Of a stretch of 64,000 nucleotides of DNA, positions 12,901 to 24,850 are shown piece by piece. This DNA comes from Ostrea edulis (taxonomy: Eukaryota). A program made the position numbers and the translations under genes. How positions within the stretch are numbered: the stretch's first letter is position 1; every line of letters begins with the position of its first letter. Location: contig NC_079167.1 in the NCBI RefSeq assembly GCF_947568905.1, forward strand, positions 13,826,001 to 13,890,000, given 5' to 3'. The notes beneath the pieces are model-generated. The model worked only from the letters and a program-made list of their open reading frames with translations. It was not told where the DNA came from and made no database searches.

Positions 12901-15900
12901 GTTCTTTATTATATAAACAATATTTAAAGAAGCACTTTGAAAACAGCATCACAGACACTTTAAAGCAGATTAATTACTTTAAAGTTATGAACTTTCCCTT
13001 AATTAAATGAAACATCTGCATATAAAAGAAAACAGTGAGAATATTATTTAGAAAGCAAATATAGTGTGGTACATATATAAATCATCCGGAAAACCTTGGG
13101 CCTTTCACCCAAAGCATGGTGTATTCGGTGAAAGGCCCAAGGTGTTCCAGATAACGCATGAATTATACAGTGTTAGACGTCTAAAAATAGCCCCATGTGC
13201 GTCAGGGGAATCCCAACATGATGTATTAACTCAGATGCAACTGTCTAGTTTTAAGGCTGAAAGAGTGTAAAACAACGAATTACTAAGAGGTATTTGCTAT
13301 TTTTATTTCTATTAAACTTATGGCATGGTACTGTTATAACAAAATACACAGCTTTACACAGATAAGACCACCGATGATCTGAAAGTTTGAACTGGTCAAG
13401 TGACTGTCACTTGAAATGGCAGAGTGACGCGCTTGTTTGTAAACACCAATTTAGAATTAAATAATTTTGGTTAAAATAAGTGAAATAATGTATGACATGT
13501 CATACAGCCTCATAACTAAATACGTGCGATGATTTAATGGCGTTTTTACAAGATGGAAAAAAAATGTTGTAATTCAGACCATACAGCTTTAAAGCCCTCT
13601 TGGGGTCATGGATGGGGTTGCAAATTTGCTATATTTATAACAAAATTTTTACAATCTTCTAAAAAAAATTGGAAGTCTAAGCTTTGTCAAATTCTTGTTT
13701 AGTGTAAAGTCAAGTTTGTTAAGTTTTACTCAGGAATAATCCGATATAGGATTTTTATTCTCATAAGAGCCACAAGTCGCAGACTTTTAATATGCAAGCA
13801 CCCATAGTTGTGTAGATTTAAATTTGTCAACACCGTGATCCTGAAACCAGGATTGGTCAACGCTATAGAGGTTTCAGGTGACTCAGGGTAGTGGTTTGAC
13901 TCATGGGCCTCTTGTTATTTTCATAGAATATGATGAACCACGAGATACTTAGGAGTGTTGGATGTAGAGGCTTTAGTATACTAATAAGCACTGGAACTGA
14001 TGATATTACATATTTATTTTATAGAAGCAGATCAATGCCATGAATAAGATGACCAGTAACATTGTAGACATTATAAAGTCGCATCAGGAAACCATGGAGA
14101 AGGAAGCAAGTGAGTTGATACGAGTTTGATAATTTCCATATTAACCTCCCATTACAAATGTGCAGAGAGCTATGGCTGTTAAAATATATTCTTTAAATAC
14201 TTACCACAAAGCTTGAAATCACCTTTTGTTTACACACATAATCCTATAATCATGAAGTTAATGTCACAGTAACCCGAACTACAGATAAAAATTTATGCCC
14301 CCACCAAAAAATGACTGAGTCATATATTGTTACCCCTTTCCATTTGTCTATTCTTCTGTCATTCTGTGATAGCTGCAGTTTTCCGCACCATCTTTTGCTG
14401 TCCAAGAATGACTTGTGTGTGTAGTTGTATATTGAAGACAGTGCTTTTTATACATAAGAATTACTACCTTGTTCAGGCAGTTCCCCTTACCAAAATTTCC
14501 AAAGGAGATTAAAGTTTCATTTCAACTTAAAAAACAGCATCTTGAAAAGGAAAATATTGAGCAATAACGGGATGTTTTTGTCTATTAATCAAGGATTTTT
14601 ATATTCAAATTTGTGTGGGGGGGGGGGATACTGGAATCAGGTTGTCCGTCCGTCCGTCTGTAGACGCAATGGTTTCCGGGCTCTAAAGCGTTATCCTTTC
14701 CACCTACAGTCACCATATCATACATTTGGACTACCCATGGAATGAAGATGTTCCCTATCGAATTTGGGGTTCAAAGGTCAAGCACACTGGACACCAAAGT
14801 AGCAATATGGTTTCCGCGCTCTAAAGCATTATCCTTTCCACCTACAGTCACCATATCATACATATGGACTACCCATGGGACAAAGATGTTCCTTATCGAA
14901 TTTGGGGTTCAAAGGTCAAGCACACTGGACACCAAAGTAGCAATATGGTTTCCGCGCTCTAAAGCATTATCCTTTCCACCTACAGTCACCATATCATACA
15001 TATGGACTACCCATGGGACAAAGATGTTCCTTATCGAATTTGGGGTTCAAAGGTCAAGCACACTGGACACCAAAGTAGCAATATGGTTTCCGCACTCTAA
15101 AGCATTATCCTTTCCACCTACAGTCACCATATCATACATATGGACTACCCATGGACAAAGATGTTCCTTATCGAATTTGGGGTTCAAAGGTCAAACGCAC
15201 TGGACATAAAAGTAGCAATATGGTTTGCCCTTTCTTTTTTACTCTCAGGAAAGGTAATGTATACCTATTAACAACACCCTTTGTGAGATTGGGGTAAGCT
15301 GGGGGGGGGTGTATTCTTAGTGAGCATTGCTCACAGTACCTCTTGTTAAAACTTTTTTATGCCCCCCTTTGAAAAAGAGGGGGCATATTGTTTTGCACCT
15401 GTCGGTCGGTCGGTATGTCGGTCGGTCTGTAGACCATGTGTTGTCCGCTCAATATCTTGAGAACCATTCACTTGATGATAATGATATTTCATATGTGGGT
15501 TAGTTATGAGTAGAAGAGGATCCCTATTGTTTTTCAGGTCAAAAGGTCAAGGGTCAAGGGTCAGTCTACTCTGGACATAGGAATATAATGTCCACTCAAT
15601 ATCTTGAGAACCCTTTGTTTGAAAGACATCAAACTTGGCACACTGGTACATCCTAAGGAGTAGATGACCCCTATTGATTTTGAGGTCATATGGTCAAGGG
15701 TCACACTAGACAGGAATATACTGTCCGTTCAATATTTTGAGAACCCTTCGCTTGACAGACATCAAACTTGGTACGCCAGTACATCTTCAGGAGAAAATTA
15801 CCCCTATTGATTTTCAGATCACATGGTCAAAGGTCAAGGGTCAAACTGGACATTGGAATATACTGTCTGCTCCATATCTTGAGAACCCTTTGCTTGACAG

Positions 15901-17484
15901 ACATTAAACTTGGTACACTGGTACATCTTCAGGAGAAGATGACACCTATTGATTTTGAGGTCGCGTGGTCAAAGGTCAAGGGTTAAACTGTACATGGGAA
16001 TATACTGTCCGCTCAATATGTTGAGAACCCTTTGCTTGACAGATATCAAACTTGGTACACTGGTACATCTTCAGGAGAAGATGACTACTAATTATTTTAA
16101 GGTCACATGGTCAAAAGTCAAGGGTCAAATTGGACATAGGAATATACTGTCCGTTCAATATCTTGAGAACCCTTTGCTTGACAGACATCAAACTTGGTAC
16201 ACTGGTACATCTTCAGGAGTTGATGACCCCTATTGATTTTTAGGTCACATGGTCAATCCACTCTTGACATAGGAAGATATTGTCTGCTCAATATTTTGAA
16301 TTGATGATACTACTCTCAATTAAATGATGTGTGTGTGTATAACCCTTTTCAATTTTGCACCATGGGGGGCATATGTGTTTTACAAACATCTTTTGTTTAA
16401 TGTTGACTTTATGATGTGCATCCCATGTTGCACAATAAATTCAAAACATGTGAAAAGGTTGCAAAACAAAGCTATATACACACAAAAGATTAAAATTCTA
16501 ACGCAAGTGCTTTCATTTTAAAATCCTCAGGTGTTACATTTTAAATTAGTGTTAAAATAGCCTGACGTCATAAAGGCGTTTTGACATTTCACGTATGTAA
16601 CAATGTCATAAACAAATGAAGGGAAAAGGTTTTTTTTCATTAAGCATATTACATATAGATTATAAGAGGAAACAATTATACAGTAAGTTAATTAGAGCAA
16701 GTTTTGAAATCTGAATGAAGTGTCTTTATTTTTCTTGTCGGGATATAGTATTTTCTTTGTAAAGTTTATAAAACGGAAACACACTGAATTGTCCATGGCC
16801 ACACACATCTAAATGTTCGTCAAGTTTGATTTTTCTATGTTCAGGTATTGAAATGTGTTGTTCATGAACTCGTATATGAGTTTGCCTAGTAGTCCCCGTT
16901 TCATGGATATAATGTTTTCCACATCCAGCTCACATTATCTCACAAATTAAATTTTTGGTGGAACACATCTGTCTGAATTCACCGTAAATTCGTTGTTGTT
17001 AAACTGGAACAAATTTCCTTCCCATAAATATGGACACATCAATCGTCACATTTGGTAACCGGGAAAAATTTAATGTGCCTCTTGTTTTGAGTAAATGGTA
17101 AACCTATTTATTTGATATTATAGATCAGAAATCATCCCTCTCCCAGACCTCCTCACAGGCAGATACAAACACACTACTGTCTGCTGTGTTAACGGGTAAA
17201 GGCTTCAAGTCAACCAGTATGCGACGAGCAGATATTTCACAGCAACAGAACAGCATGCAGGCTCAGCAACAGGCAGCACAACAGAAAGCGCAAGGTGCAC
17301 AGTTAACGGATATCCATTAGTTTATACTGTAAAACAGTGTTGCTGTTTATGTAAAGTGTAATGACATTTCTTCATGCTTATTTTCTTGTTGTCAGGAAAC
17401 AGCGTAGGAAAAGTCCCCAGTTCTATAAAGACAAACATCAAGCAAGGCTCAAGTAGTCACCCATACCAGCGAAACTTAAATTAA
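6995..17484 (+). CDS. MED8: Mediator of RNA polymerase II transcription subunit 8, ~251 aa
   Basis: Exons 6995-7000 (MQ), 10217-10335, 11659-11803, 12089-12229, 14025-14109, 17124-17294, 17396-17484 (756 nt, in frame). Motifs [57 protein letters not shown] and [12 protein letters not shown]...HPYQR match MED8 as I recall it. Confidence 0.95.
7168..7270. mobile_element. 103-bp hairpin MITE with 9-bp TSD (Mutator-like)
   Basis: Near-perfect palindrome (two mismatched pairs, AGG loop) flanked by the direct repeat CTGTAAATT at 7159-7167 and 7271-7279. Confidence 0.75.
7441..8552. mobile_element. Degenerate non-autonomous TIR element containing a nested SINE
   Basis: Left end GATTCTTGGC...GAAATAGCTGACGTTTTCCTGGCTTTTTTATGATTTTGA is mirrored in inverted form at ~8430-8552. 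No clear TSD. Confidence 0.5.
7680..7945 (-). mobile_element. tRNA-derived SINE, degenerate
   Basis: Minus-strand head with box A-like GGTAGCTCAATG and box B-like GTTCAACTC. Body is similar to the copy at 27120-27395. Confidence 0.7.
9262..9460 (-). mobile_element. SINE 3' fragment
   Basis: Shares the ACGTCACCA...TAGGCCTATGCT...CTTTA..GTGTCACACCTGCT blocks with the SINEs at 7680 and 27120. Confidence 0.45.
10585..11135 (+). mobile_element. 3' remnant of a Penelope-like retroelement (RT C-terminus with no downstream endonuclease, possibly Naiad-type)
   Basis: Decayed frame [26 protein letters not shown]...[12 protein letters not shown], then the 3' region GATCAAGATATAGGGCTCACGG...CACCTGATCCCACCTCTGG shared with copies at 28000 and 50905. 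A 51-bp tandem duplication sits at its 5' edge. Confidence 0.6.
12370..13918 (+). mobile_element. Degenerate Helentron-like (HINE/DINE-type) element hosting a nested transposon
   Basis: AAAGTTTG/CCATGACC-type internal motifs and the 3' end CATGGGCCTCTTGTT (to 13918), as in other HINE-like ends in the window. Confidence 0.45.
12584..13588 (-). mobile_element. Internally deleted Kolobok-like transposon carrying a truncated THAP-domain ORF
   Basis: TTAA at 12580-12583 and 13589-13592, short TIR AGCTGTATG. Minus-strand [31 protein letters not shown] matches a THAP N-terminus (C-x4-C...H-x-FP) and stops at 12609. Confidence 0.65.
14596..15347 (+). mobile_element. Helentron-like non-autonomous element with an internal 138-bp tandem array (~4 units)
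   Basis: T-rich start, (GTCC)n microsatellite, units starting at 14669, 14807, 14945, 15083, 15220, 3' hairpin GTGAGCATTGCTCAC (15320-15334), end CTCTTGTT. Confidence 0.75.
15353..16397 (+). mobile_element. Helentron-like non-autonomous element with an internal ~142-bp tandem array (~5 units)
   Basis: TTTTTATGCCCCC start with a palindrome, (GTCG)n, GGTCAAAGGTCAAGG-containing units at 15581, 15714, 15856, 15998, 16140, 3' GGGGCAT subterminal IR, TGTGTTTTACAAACA hairpin, then TTGTT. Confidence 0.8.
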
Positions 17485-19299
17485 CTGGGCAAGTTTAAAA
17501 GGAGCCAGAAAATTGTGACTGAACAATGTGATGATGCTGTTGTTGATGTCTGTCAAGAAGTGGAGACTCGCGTGAACAGATTAGATGGACACTTTGCTGA
17601 ATTTGGTGAATGAAATGCAATCCTCATTTAGCAATCACAGAAAGCTCAAAAAATATAAGCCAAAGAGATGTCTTTTTGGTAATACTTATTAATAACAAAA
17701 TAGTGCACATTGCATTGAGTGTTGTGTGCTATTTGAGAGGTCTGTATTTTAATTGTGTAAAATGCTAATACATGATTGGGATTTGTAGAAGGAAGTAATT
17801 GCGCATATAAAGATTCAACAGTGTTAATTTTTACTAAACTTCCTCATAAATAGACTAATCCAATTTTGTTGAGGTGGCATGCAGTGCAAATCCTTTGTTT
17901 TAAAAACAGGATTTTTTCCATTGCAGAAATGCATATTTATGAAATTAATGTCATAATAGGGGAGATCTGTTCTTGTCGATATGTTGCACAAAACTACAAA
18001 ATAAACATTTTGACAAGTCCATTTTGTTTATTCAATGATTATCAAATGATAGAAACCTGTTTGATTTAGATGTCATGTATTGTTCGTCTGTGATTATTTA
18101 AAAAAAATTATTTTTCCTGGCAGTTCTGCAGTATAAACTTCTACCAAACTTTGCACAATCCATTTTTGAGAGAAGAACTGTCAATTAATTTTAAATAAGG
18201 ACCCAGCAATGTTAAGAAAATGTACTTGAGGCAAAGTATTGATACCTTACTTCTTTTTCTTTTTTTTCTCAATATTCCAACGTCTACTCTATTCATTTAA
18301 GAGCAATATGCTAGATATTCTTTATATTTTACATAATACTCATGGAAGTGTTGTAAGTCTCTGACTCGCATTCCAAGGGGGGGGGGGACATTTAGAAAAT
18401 ATCCGCAGTTAAAATAGGGTCTCTACGTTTAAAAATCATAGAGTGACCTTGGAACTTATCGGACATAATATAATTATTCAAGAAATAAATTTCATTTTTG
18501 AAAACACGAGACGGTATGATATGTTTTATTCCACCATACTACATGAAGTGGAATAGCATACGAGATGAAAATGTATAAATGTTATTTATTAAACCTTGTT
18601 CTTCAAAATGTTCATATTAAAAAAAAAAGGTCATTTTGTAAGTTGGAAAGTACTGTTTAAAAGCGTCTACACAAAATTTACAAGTTGCTACACAGAAATG
18701 CAGCTGTTGGAACAAAAATTTGGCCTCTTGTTTCCCTTACCCCTGTTTTCACCTTTTTTGAATCATTGTTACCAAATTGGTTTTCATTGTTTGGACGGTA
18801 GCTTTCCACCCACTAAGTCTTGACAATTTTTTTTTCACCTGCATTTGCGATCCCTTAATAGAGAACAGATAGCACGAAAATTTCAGTTTCCGGTCCTTCT
18901 CGTCCAAATGTTTCCAATATTGATTTTCCATGTAAAAATCTTCATTTGAGACATGTAAATTGCTAAGTTTCAGTTTGCTTTCAAATAAATTATAGTAGAA
19001 TTTTTCTCTTATTTTGTCAACAGGAGAAAACAAGACTGTGTGTAGGTTCCACGAGGTTTATGCTCGACTAACCGCCTTCAGGAACGTTGGGCTCAGATTT
19101 CGATTTAATTTGCTTCGGCGGGACTTTTTTTTTAGAACATTATCTACAGCTCAGGAACATATTCTTTCTCAGTTATCATTGGTATCGCATTCAATTATGT
19201 GCGTCCTTTTACCATTGTCAGGAAATAATATAATTGAAGAAAAAAATCTATATTGTAAATATTCGTGAGAAATGCATCGTCGGTCTCTCCGGTACACTA

Positions 19300-20250
19300 C
19301 GAGGGCGGGACGTTTCGTGGTGAGACGATTCGTCCCAAAAGGCGATTCGCTTCGAGACGTTTCGCTTTAAGATGATTCGCCCCAAAAGACGATTCGCCCC
19401 ATGACATTTCTCCCAAAAAGACATTGAGCTTACACTGATGATCGTCTGTTGTGCACATTTTGCTTTCTTTATTTTGTAGATTAATGGTTATAAACATCCA
19501 TACTGATTAAAATATAGGTTAATGATGGTCTGCAGTGTTAATTAAAATAATCAAACACGAGGAAGGGATTAACACTCTCAACAAACTAGGTCTGAACAAG
19601 ATTAAAGACAACTACCGCGATGGCGGTAACACTTCAATTAATTGCATCTATAATCTACATTTGCCGGGATTAATCTTAATTTAGAGGCGCTCCAGATATC
19701 AATCCCACAGAGAATATAATGAGTAGACTCCTTTTGATTTCTTCAGTCGTGTTTATTTTGATAAAATTAATGTAATTTTATATTGGTAACGATTTTTTCT
19801 CTAATTTTGCTCCTTCGATATAAGAGGCTTGTTTATATAGGTGTGGCTGTAAAACGTTGCAATATTCCACAAATCTTGATTTATATTCGATGATTTTGAT
19901 GTTTATATGTGAAAACTTTGATATATATTCGATAATCTTGATATTCATATGCGAAAATTTGATTTATAAGTGATAATCTTTTTCATTTTATTGATCAAGA
20001 CTACCGAATACAATTTATCAAATATAAATTACAAGATTACCGTTGTATTTTTTTTTTAAACAAGAGACCATGGTTTCCTTAAGTATACCCCCCCCCTTCC
20101 CCCTAAATCCGCCACTGCCTGGATATATATGTATAATTTCGATTATGAATGTGGCCAGAAATCATTTCAATGTAATCGGAAAATGCCTGGGACGTTTCGC
20201 GCCTAAGATAAGGACGAATCGTCTCAAGGCGAAACAACCCGTTACCCACT
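19300..20250. repeat. Probable DNA-transposon remnant with short GACGTTTCG/GATTCGCCC subterminal repeats
   Basis: Clusters of 9-12-nt repeats at 19305-19410 and 20185-20250. Boundaries and family unresolved. Confidence 0.35.
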
Positions 20251-21480
20251 GGGCTGTTGAATGCAGTGTAACAGAGAGAAAACCAGCGAGTTCCGACGAT
20301 GTGGGAAATGGGATTAAAGGGAAATTTGGCGATATAACAATCATTCGTAGTCAAATCATTGTACTCAAATGAAAAAAGATAGCCTTAGCTGTAAGAGATT
20401 TTCCCCCCAATGTTAGAGAAACGTCTCTTTTATATATATTGAGGGATATCTCTCTTTTTTTATTGATAAAGAAAAATCTTTTTACGGTGAAGAGATATCT
20501 CTAGACGTTAAGAGATATCTTACTAAGTTAATGAAATTTCTTTCTATCTCTTAGATATTTTTTTTTACTCTTAAAAGTTATTTCTCTTTGTTAAAGAGAT
20601 ATCTCAGTCAGTTAAAGCGCTATTTCTTTATTGAATAAATAATAACACGGCTTGTCATAGCTAAACCTTTACTTTTTCACACCAGTAGGATAATTGAAAA
20701 TATGATTAGCAATAAAAGTGGAAATAATTATCTCTTTAGAAATAAAGATCAGTTTTAAAAATATTCACTGGGATATGAACTTGGTTGGTAACATAATCAA
20801 ATTCTGTGAAGCCCAAAGGGATTCTCAAATTTAATCACGTACCAACCAAGTTCATATATCAGTGAACTTTTTACTGTGTTTATTATTTCTTTAAAAAACG
20901 ATACCCTAATTTTGATTAGGTTATGGATGACCTCTTGACCTTTAAGAAATTTCACACACAGATGAACTGGTTTGATATCTAATAGGTTCATCTAAGGAAA
21001 ATTATTTGCAAATATAAATGTTTATCAGTGAAGACATTTTGTTGCGAATTGTTAGCTGGTCTGGTTTTCTCGGGATTTTCCCTGGTTCTGGACTTTAGCT
21101 AGTCAGGCCGTGGTACAAAGGGACATAGACAGTAGTGAAGATTATCAAGAACGCCGTGCTCGCGCGATTAATGTGAAGTTGTGATAACCTTATTTACAGT
21201 ATTAGTTAGCGTTGTAAAATAGATGCAGATTAAGGTTTCACATGTACCAACACATTTTACTGACGACAGAAAATAGAGAGGTATGTAACTGATATAAACC
21301 CCTTGTGAATTTTTTAATGAAAATTGCTTTTAACAATATATTAAGTCGATTAAATAAAGTAATTATAACATGCATTATTGTTATCATACATGATAATGTA
21401 TTAAAACAGAGTTCTTGGAGGCAGTCTTTAACGTTAATGAGATATATACATGGTTTGAACACCTCCAGGTGGATAAATAT

Positions 21481-21557
21481 TAGCTGCAGAACTGTAGCTC
21501 TCTGAAAAAATATTTTCCGTCGTAATATTTGTCCAGAGAGCTACAGTTCTGCAGCTA
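21481..21557. repeat. 77-bp hairpin (mini-MITE-like) upstream of CARD-like gene 1
   Basis: Perfect 24-bp arms TAGCTGCAGAACTGTAGCTCTCTG and CAGAGAGCTACAGTTCTGCAGCTA. Confidence 0.7.
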
Positions 21558-21655
21558 GGTGAATATCAGCAGCTTTCTGCTGGATAAAAAACACTTTGCT
21601 GATTTTTTTATCAATGCTCTACAGGGTGTAAAAGCAGTACCATTGTTGTATAGAA

Positions 21656-24600
21656 ATGGGTTCCGCTTTAGAGGAAAGGCTGCAGCGAATAGAAACAAAG
21701 CTTGATCAAATGTTGGAGCACATGTTGAGCAGAACTCAACCGCGGAGTGTCGTCAACGGTACCATAAACATGATTACAATATAGCTGTTTTAATAATTAG
21801 AAAAAATAGAATTCTTGATTTCTCTGTTACAATGTGTAGGCCAATACTTTGAATTTGGCACATACGCAATCTATTTAAAATTAGATGTTGGATCCGCTCG
21901 CATACTCGCTACATAAACGATGTTTGTGTAGCGAGTATGCAAGCGGATCCAACATCTAATTTCAATTAGAATGGCACATAAGTTGAGATAGTACACATGT
22001 ATGTTCTCAAACATTTGCTTTTAGAACAATAGGGAAGGGGGGAAATGATTATATGAGTACTATATTGACAACGAAATAACACATTGTCTTAGCACTTACA
22101 ATCAATGAAGATACAACACATTGTCTTAGCACTTACAATGAAGATACAACACATTGTCTTAGCATTCACAATGAAGATACAACACATTGTCTTAGTACTC
22201 ACAATGAAGATACAACACATTGTCTTAGCACTCACAATGAAGATACAACACATTGTCTTAGTACTTACAATGAAGATACAACACATTGTCTTAGCATTCA
22301 CAATGAAGATACAACACATTGTCTTAGCACTTACAATGAAGATACAACACATTGTCTTAGCACTCACAATGAAGATACAACACATTGTCTTTGCACTTAC
22401 AATGAAGATACAACACATTGTCTTAGCACTTACAACCAATGAAGATACAACACATTGTCTTAGCACTCACAATGAAGATACAACACATTGTCTTAGCACT
22501 CACAATGAAGATACAACACATTGTCTTAGCATTCACAATGAAGATACAACACATTATCTTAGCACTTACAATCAATGAAGATACAACACATTATCTTAGC
22601 ACTCACAATGAAGAAACAACACATTGTCTTAGCATTCACAATGAAGATACAACACATTGTCTTAGTACTCACAATGAAGATACAACACATTGTCTTAGCA
22701 CTCACAATGAAGATACAACACATTGTCTTAGCACTTACAATGAATGAAGATACAACACATTGTCTTAGCATTCACAATGAAGATACAACACATTGTCTTA
22801 GCACTTACAACCAATGAAGATACAACACATTGTCTTAGCACTTACAATCAATGAAGAAATAACACATTATCTTAGCACTTACAATCAATGAAGATACAAC
22901 ACATTATCTTAGCACTTACAATCAATGAAGAAACAACACATTGTCTTAGCACTCACAATGAAGATACAACACATTGTCTTAGCACTCACAATGAAGATAC
23001 AACACATTGTCTTAGCACTTACAATCAATGAAGATACAACACATTGTCTTAGCACTCACAATGAAGAAACAACACATTGTCTTAGCACTCACAATGAAGA
23101 AACAACACATTGTCTTAGCACTCACAATGAAGATACAACACATTGTCTTAGCACTTACAATGAAGATGCAACACATTGTCTTAGCACTCACAATGAAGAT
23201 ACAACACATTGTCTTAGCATTCACAATGAAGATACAACACATTATCTTAGCACTCACAATGAAGATACAACACATTGTCTTAGCACTCACAATGAAGATA
23301 TAACACATTGTCTTAGCACTTACAATGAAGATACAACACATTGTCTTAGCATTCACAATGAAGATATAACACATTGTCTTAGCACTCACAATGAAGAAAC
23401 AACACATTGTCTTAGCACTCACAATGAAGATATAACACATTGTCTTAGCACTCACAATGAAGAAACAACACATTGTCTTAGCACTCACAATGAAGATACA
23501 ACACATTGTCTTAGCATTTATACAATCAATCTGGAGCTTTTATTCGTTTACTCTGCAAAAAAGTAAAAGTCACAGCCATGACAGAACTTGCATTTGTTAG
23601 ATTTCTGGAGTGTTTTGAGTTCTGTGAGAAACAAATGATTTTAATCTATAGATCATCCTGTGTCACACCACAAAACAGCGCTGAGGAAGGTCCACATGAG
23701 ACTGGTGGGAGACTTTCATCTTGAATCAGAAATAGACAAACTTATTCAACACGACGTCATCAGACGTGAAACGTGGGACGAAATAAAGATGCACAGCAAC
23801 AGAACAAATCAATTGCGATTGTTTCTACTAAAACTAGGCTCCTACGACGCAACGAAATTCGAAGCTTTTCTTGACGTTCTGAAGGAATCACACAGTCACA
23901 TAGCTGAGGAGCTCAGTCGTTATAAGGCTGACACTGAAGACAATGATGCCATTTTGTTTGGGGATGACGGGATGGATATATCCTGTATAAGGTGTGAAAT
24001 TTCCAGACGAGTACAGCTAGAGGAGGTCATAGATGAATTATTTTCCCGAGGAATCATAGGCGCCACAGCACTCCGGAAATACATCGAACCAAACTCGGAA
24101 TTCAAAGGTAGTAAAGTCTGGAAGTACGTGTTTGAGAATTTGAAAAACCTTCAAAGAAATAACGTCAACGTTTCCAAGACGATGCGAGAAATTCTTGCCA
24201 AGAATTACTGCGATATCGCTGACAGCCGCCATATTGTTGGACATTGTTCATGGGACTGCTCATGTGAGACGTTGCAAATTTCGACACAAAGACGAGTGTA
24301 CTCCAGCAGCGATGCAAGTTCTGTTATTGCTCAAAAATGTGCTACCCGTTCGAATTCCCCGGATATAGAGGTCTTCATTGAAGCACCCAACGCGAGAAAC
24401 GAGAAACCTAGTACTCCAAACCCGCCAGAGGATCATGCATCCACATCACACTATCCAAGAACTCCTCAAATAGTGATAACGACGAATGATGACGTACCGA
24501 TGACGGGTGTAACGACGAATGATGACGTACCGATGACGGGTGTAGGTTATAAAGATCCTCCCAGAGAAATCTCGTCTAAAATAGCAACACATAATGACAC

Positions 24601-24850
24601 AAAGCATTCGTTGAATCTTCCTTCAGGTGGACCAATCACAAAGAACTGGGCACACATATCCGGTAATCATCAGGAAGATGTTACTTACACAAACCCATGT
24701 TATGATGGTTCGCTTTCTGCATCAGTCGATGGTCTGATTCCTTCTTTAGTTGAAGATGGTCAAAAACGTAATACCAGGGCCCCAACAAAAGACGATATCT
24801 GGCAAAAGTTCTTCCCAGGAACTCAAGTTAATGCCGAGTCATTGCTCTGA
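21656..24850 (+). CDS. Coiled-coil plus tandem death-fold (CARD-like) protein, paralogue 1, ~433 aa
   Basis: Exons 21656-21758 (MGSALEERLQRIETKLDQMLEHML..., phase 1) and 23652-24850 join in frame. HKTALRKVHMRLVGDFHLESEIDKLIQHDVIRRETWDEI...NQLRLFLLKL...FEAFLDVLKESHSHIAEEL fits the CARD pattern. A CIRC linker, a second helical unit (VQLEEVIDELFSRGII) and a disordered S/T/P tail follow. Confidence 0.78.
21879..21961. repeat. 83-nt near-perfect hairpin in the intron of CARD-like gene 1
   Basis: AATTAGATGTTGGATCCGCT...AGCGGATCCAACATCTAATT, with an inner stem GCATACTCGCTAC / GTAGCGAGTATGC. Confidence 0.7.
22070..23530. repeat. 33-bp minisatellite, ~43 copies, with 37-bp variants
   Basis: Unit AATGAAGATACAACACATTGTCTTAGCACT(C/T)AC, with an occasional AATC/AACC insertion. 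It explains all ORFs at 22089-23566. Confidence 0.95.

Noticed and set aside
14742-15209. 155-aa ORF with 46-aa repeats; also 15768-16236
   Set aside because: Translation of 138-bp and 142-bp satellite monomers in Helentron-like elements.
21072-21081. Perfect kappa-B site GGGATTTTCC upstream of CARD-like gene 1; others at 34325 in a hairpin element, plus an ISRE-like GAAACAGAAA at 41224
   Set aside because: About one kappa-B match is expected by chance in 64 kb by my rough estimate. Suggestive for immune genes but unsupported without conservation or binding data.
22089-23566. Long repetitive ORFs (MKIQHIVLALT, NEDTTHCLSTH, MCCIFIVSAKT) and a CRISPR-like look
   Set aside because: All come from a 33-bp tandem repeat with no unique spacers and no cas genes, inside a spliceosomal intron.
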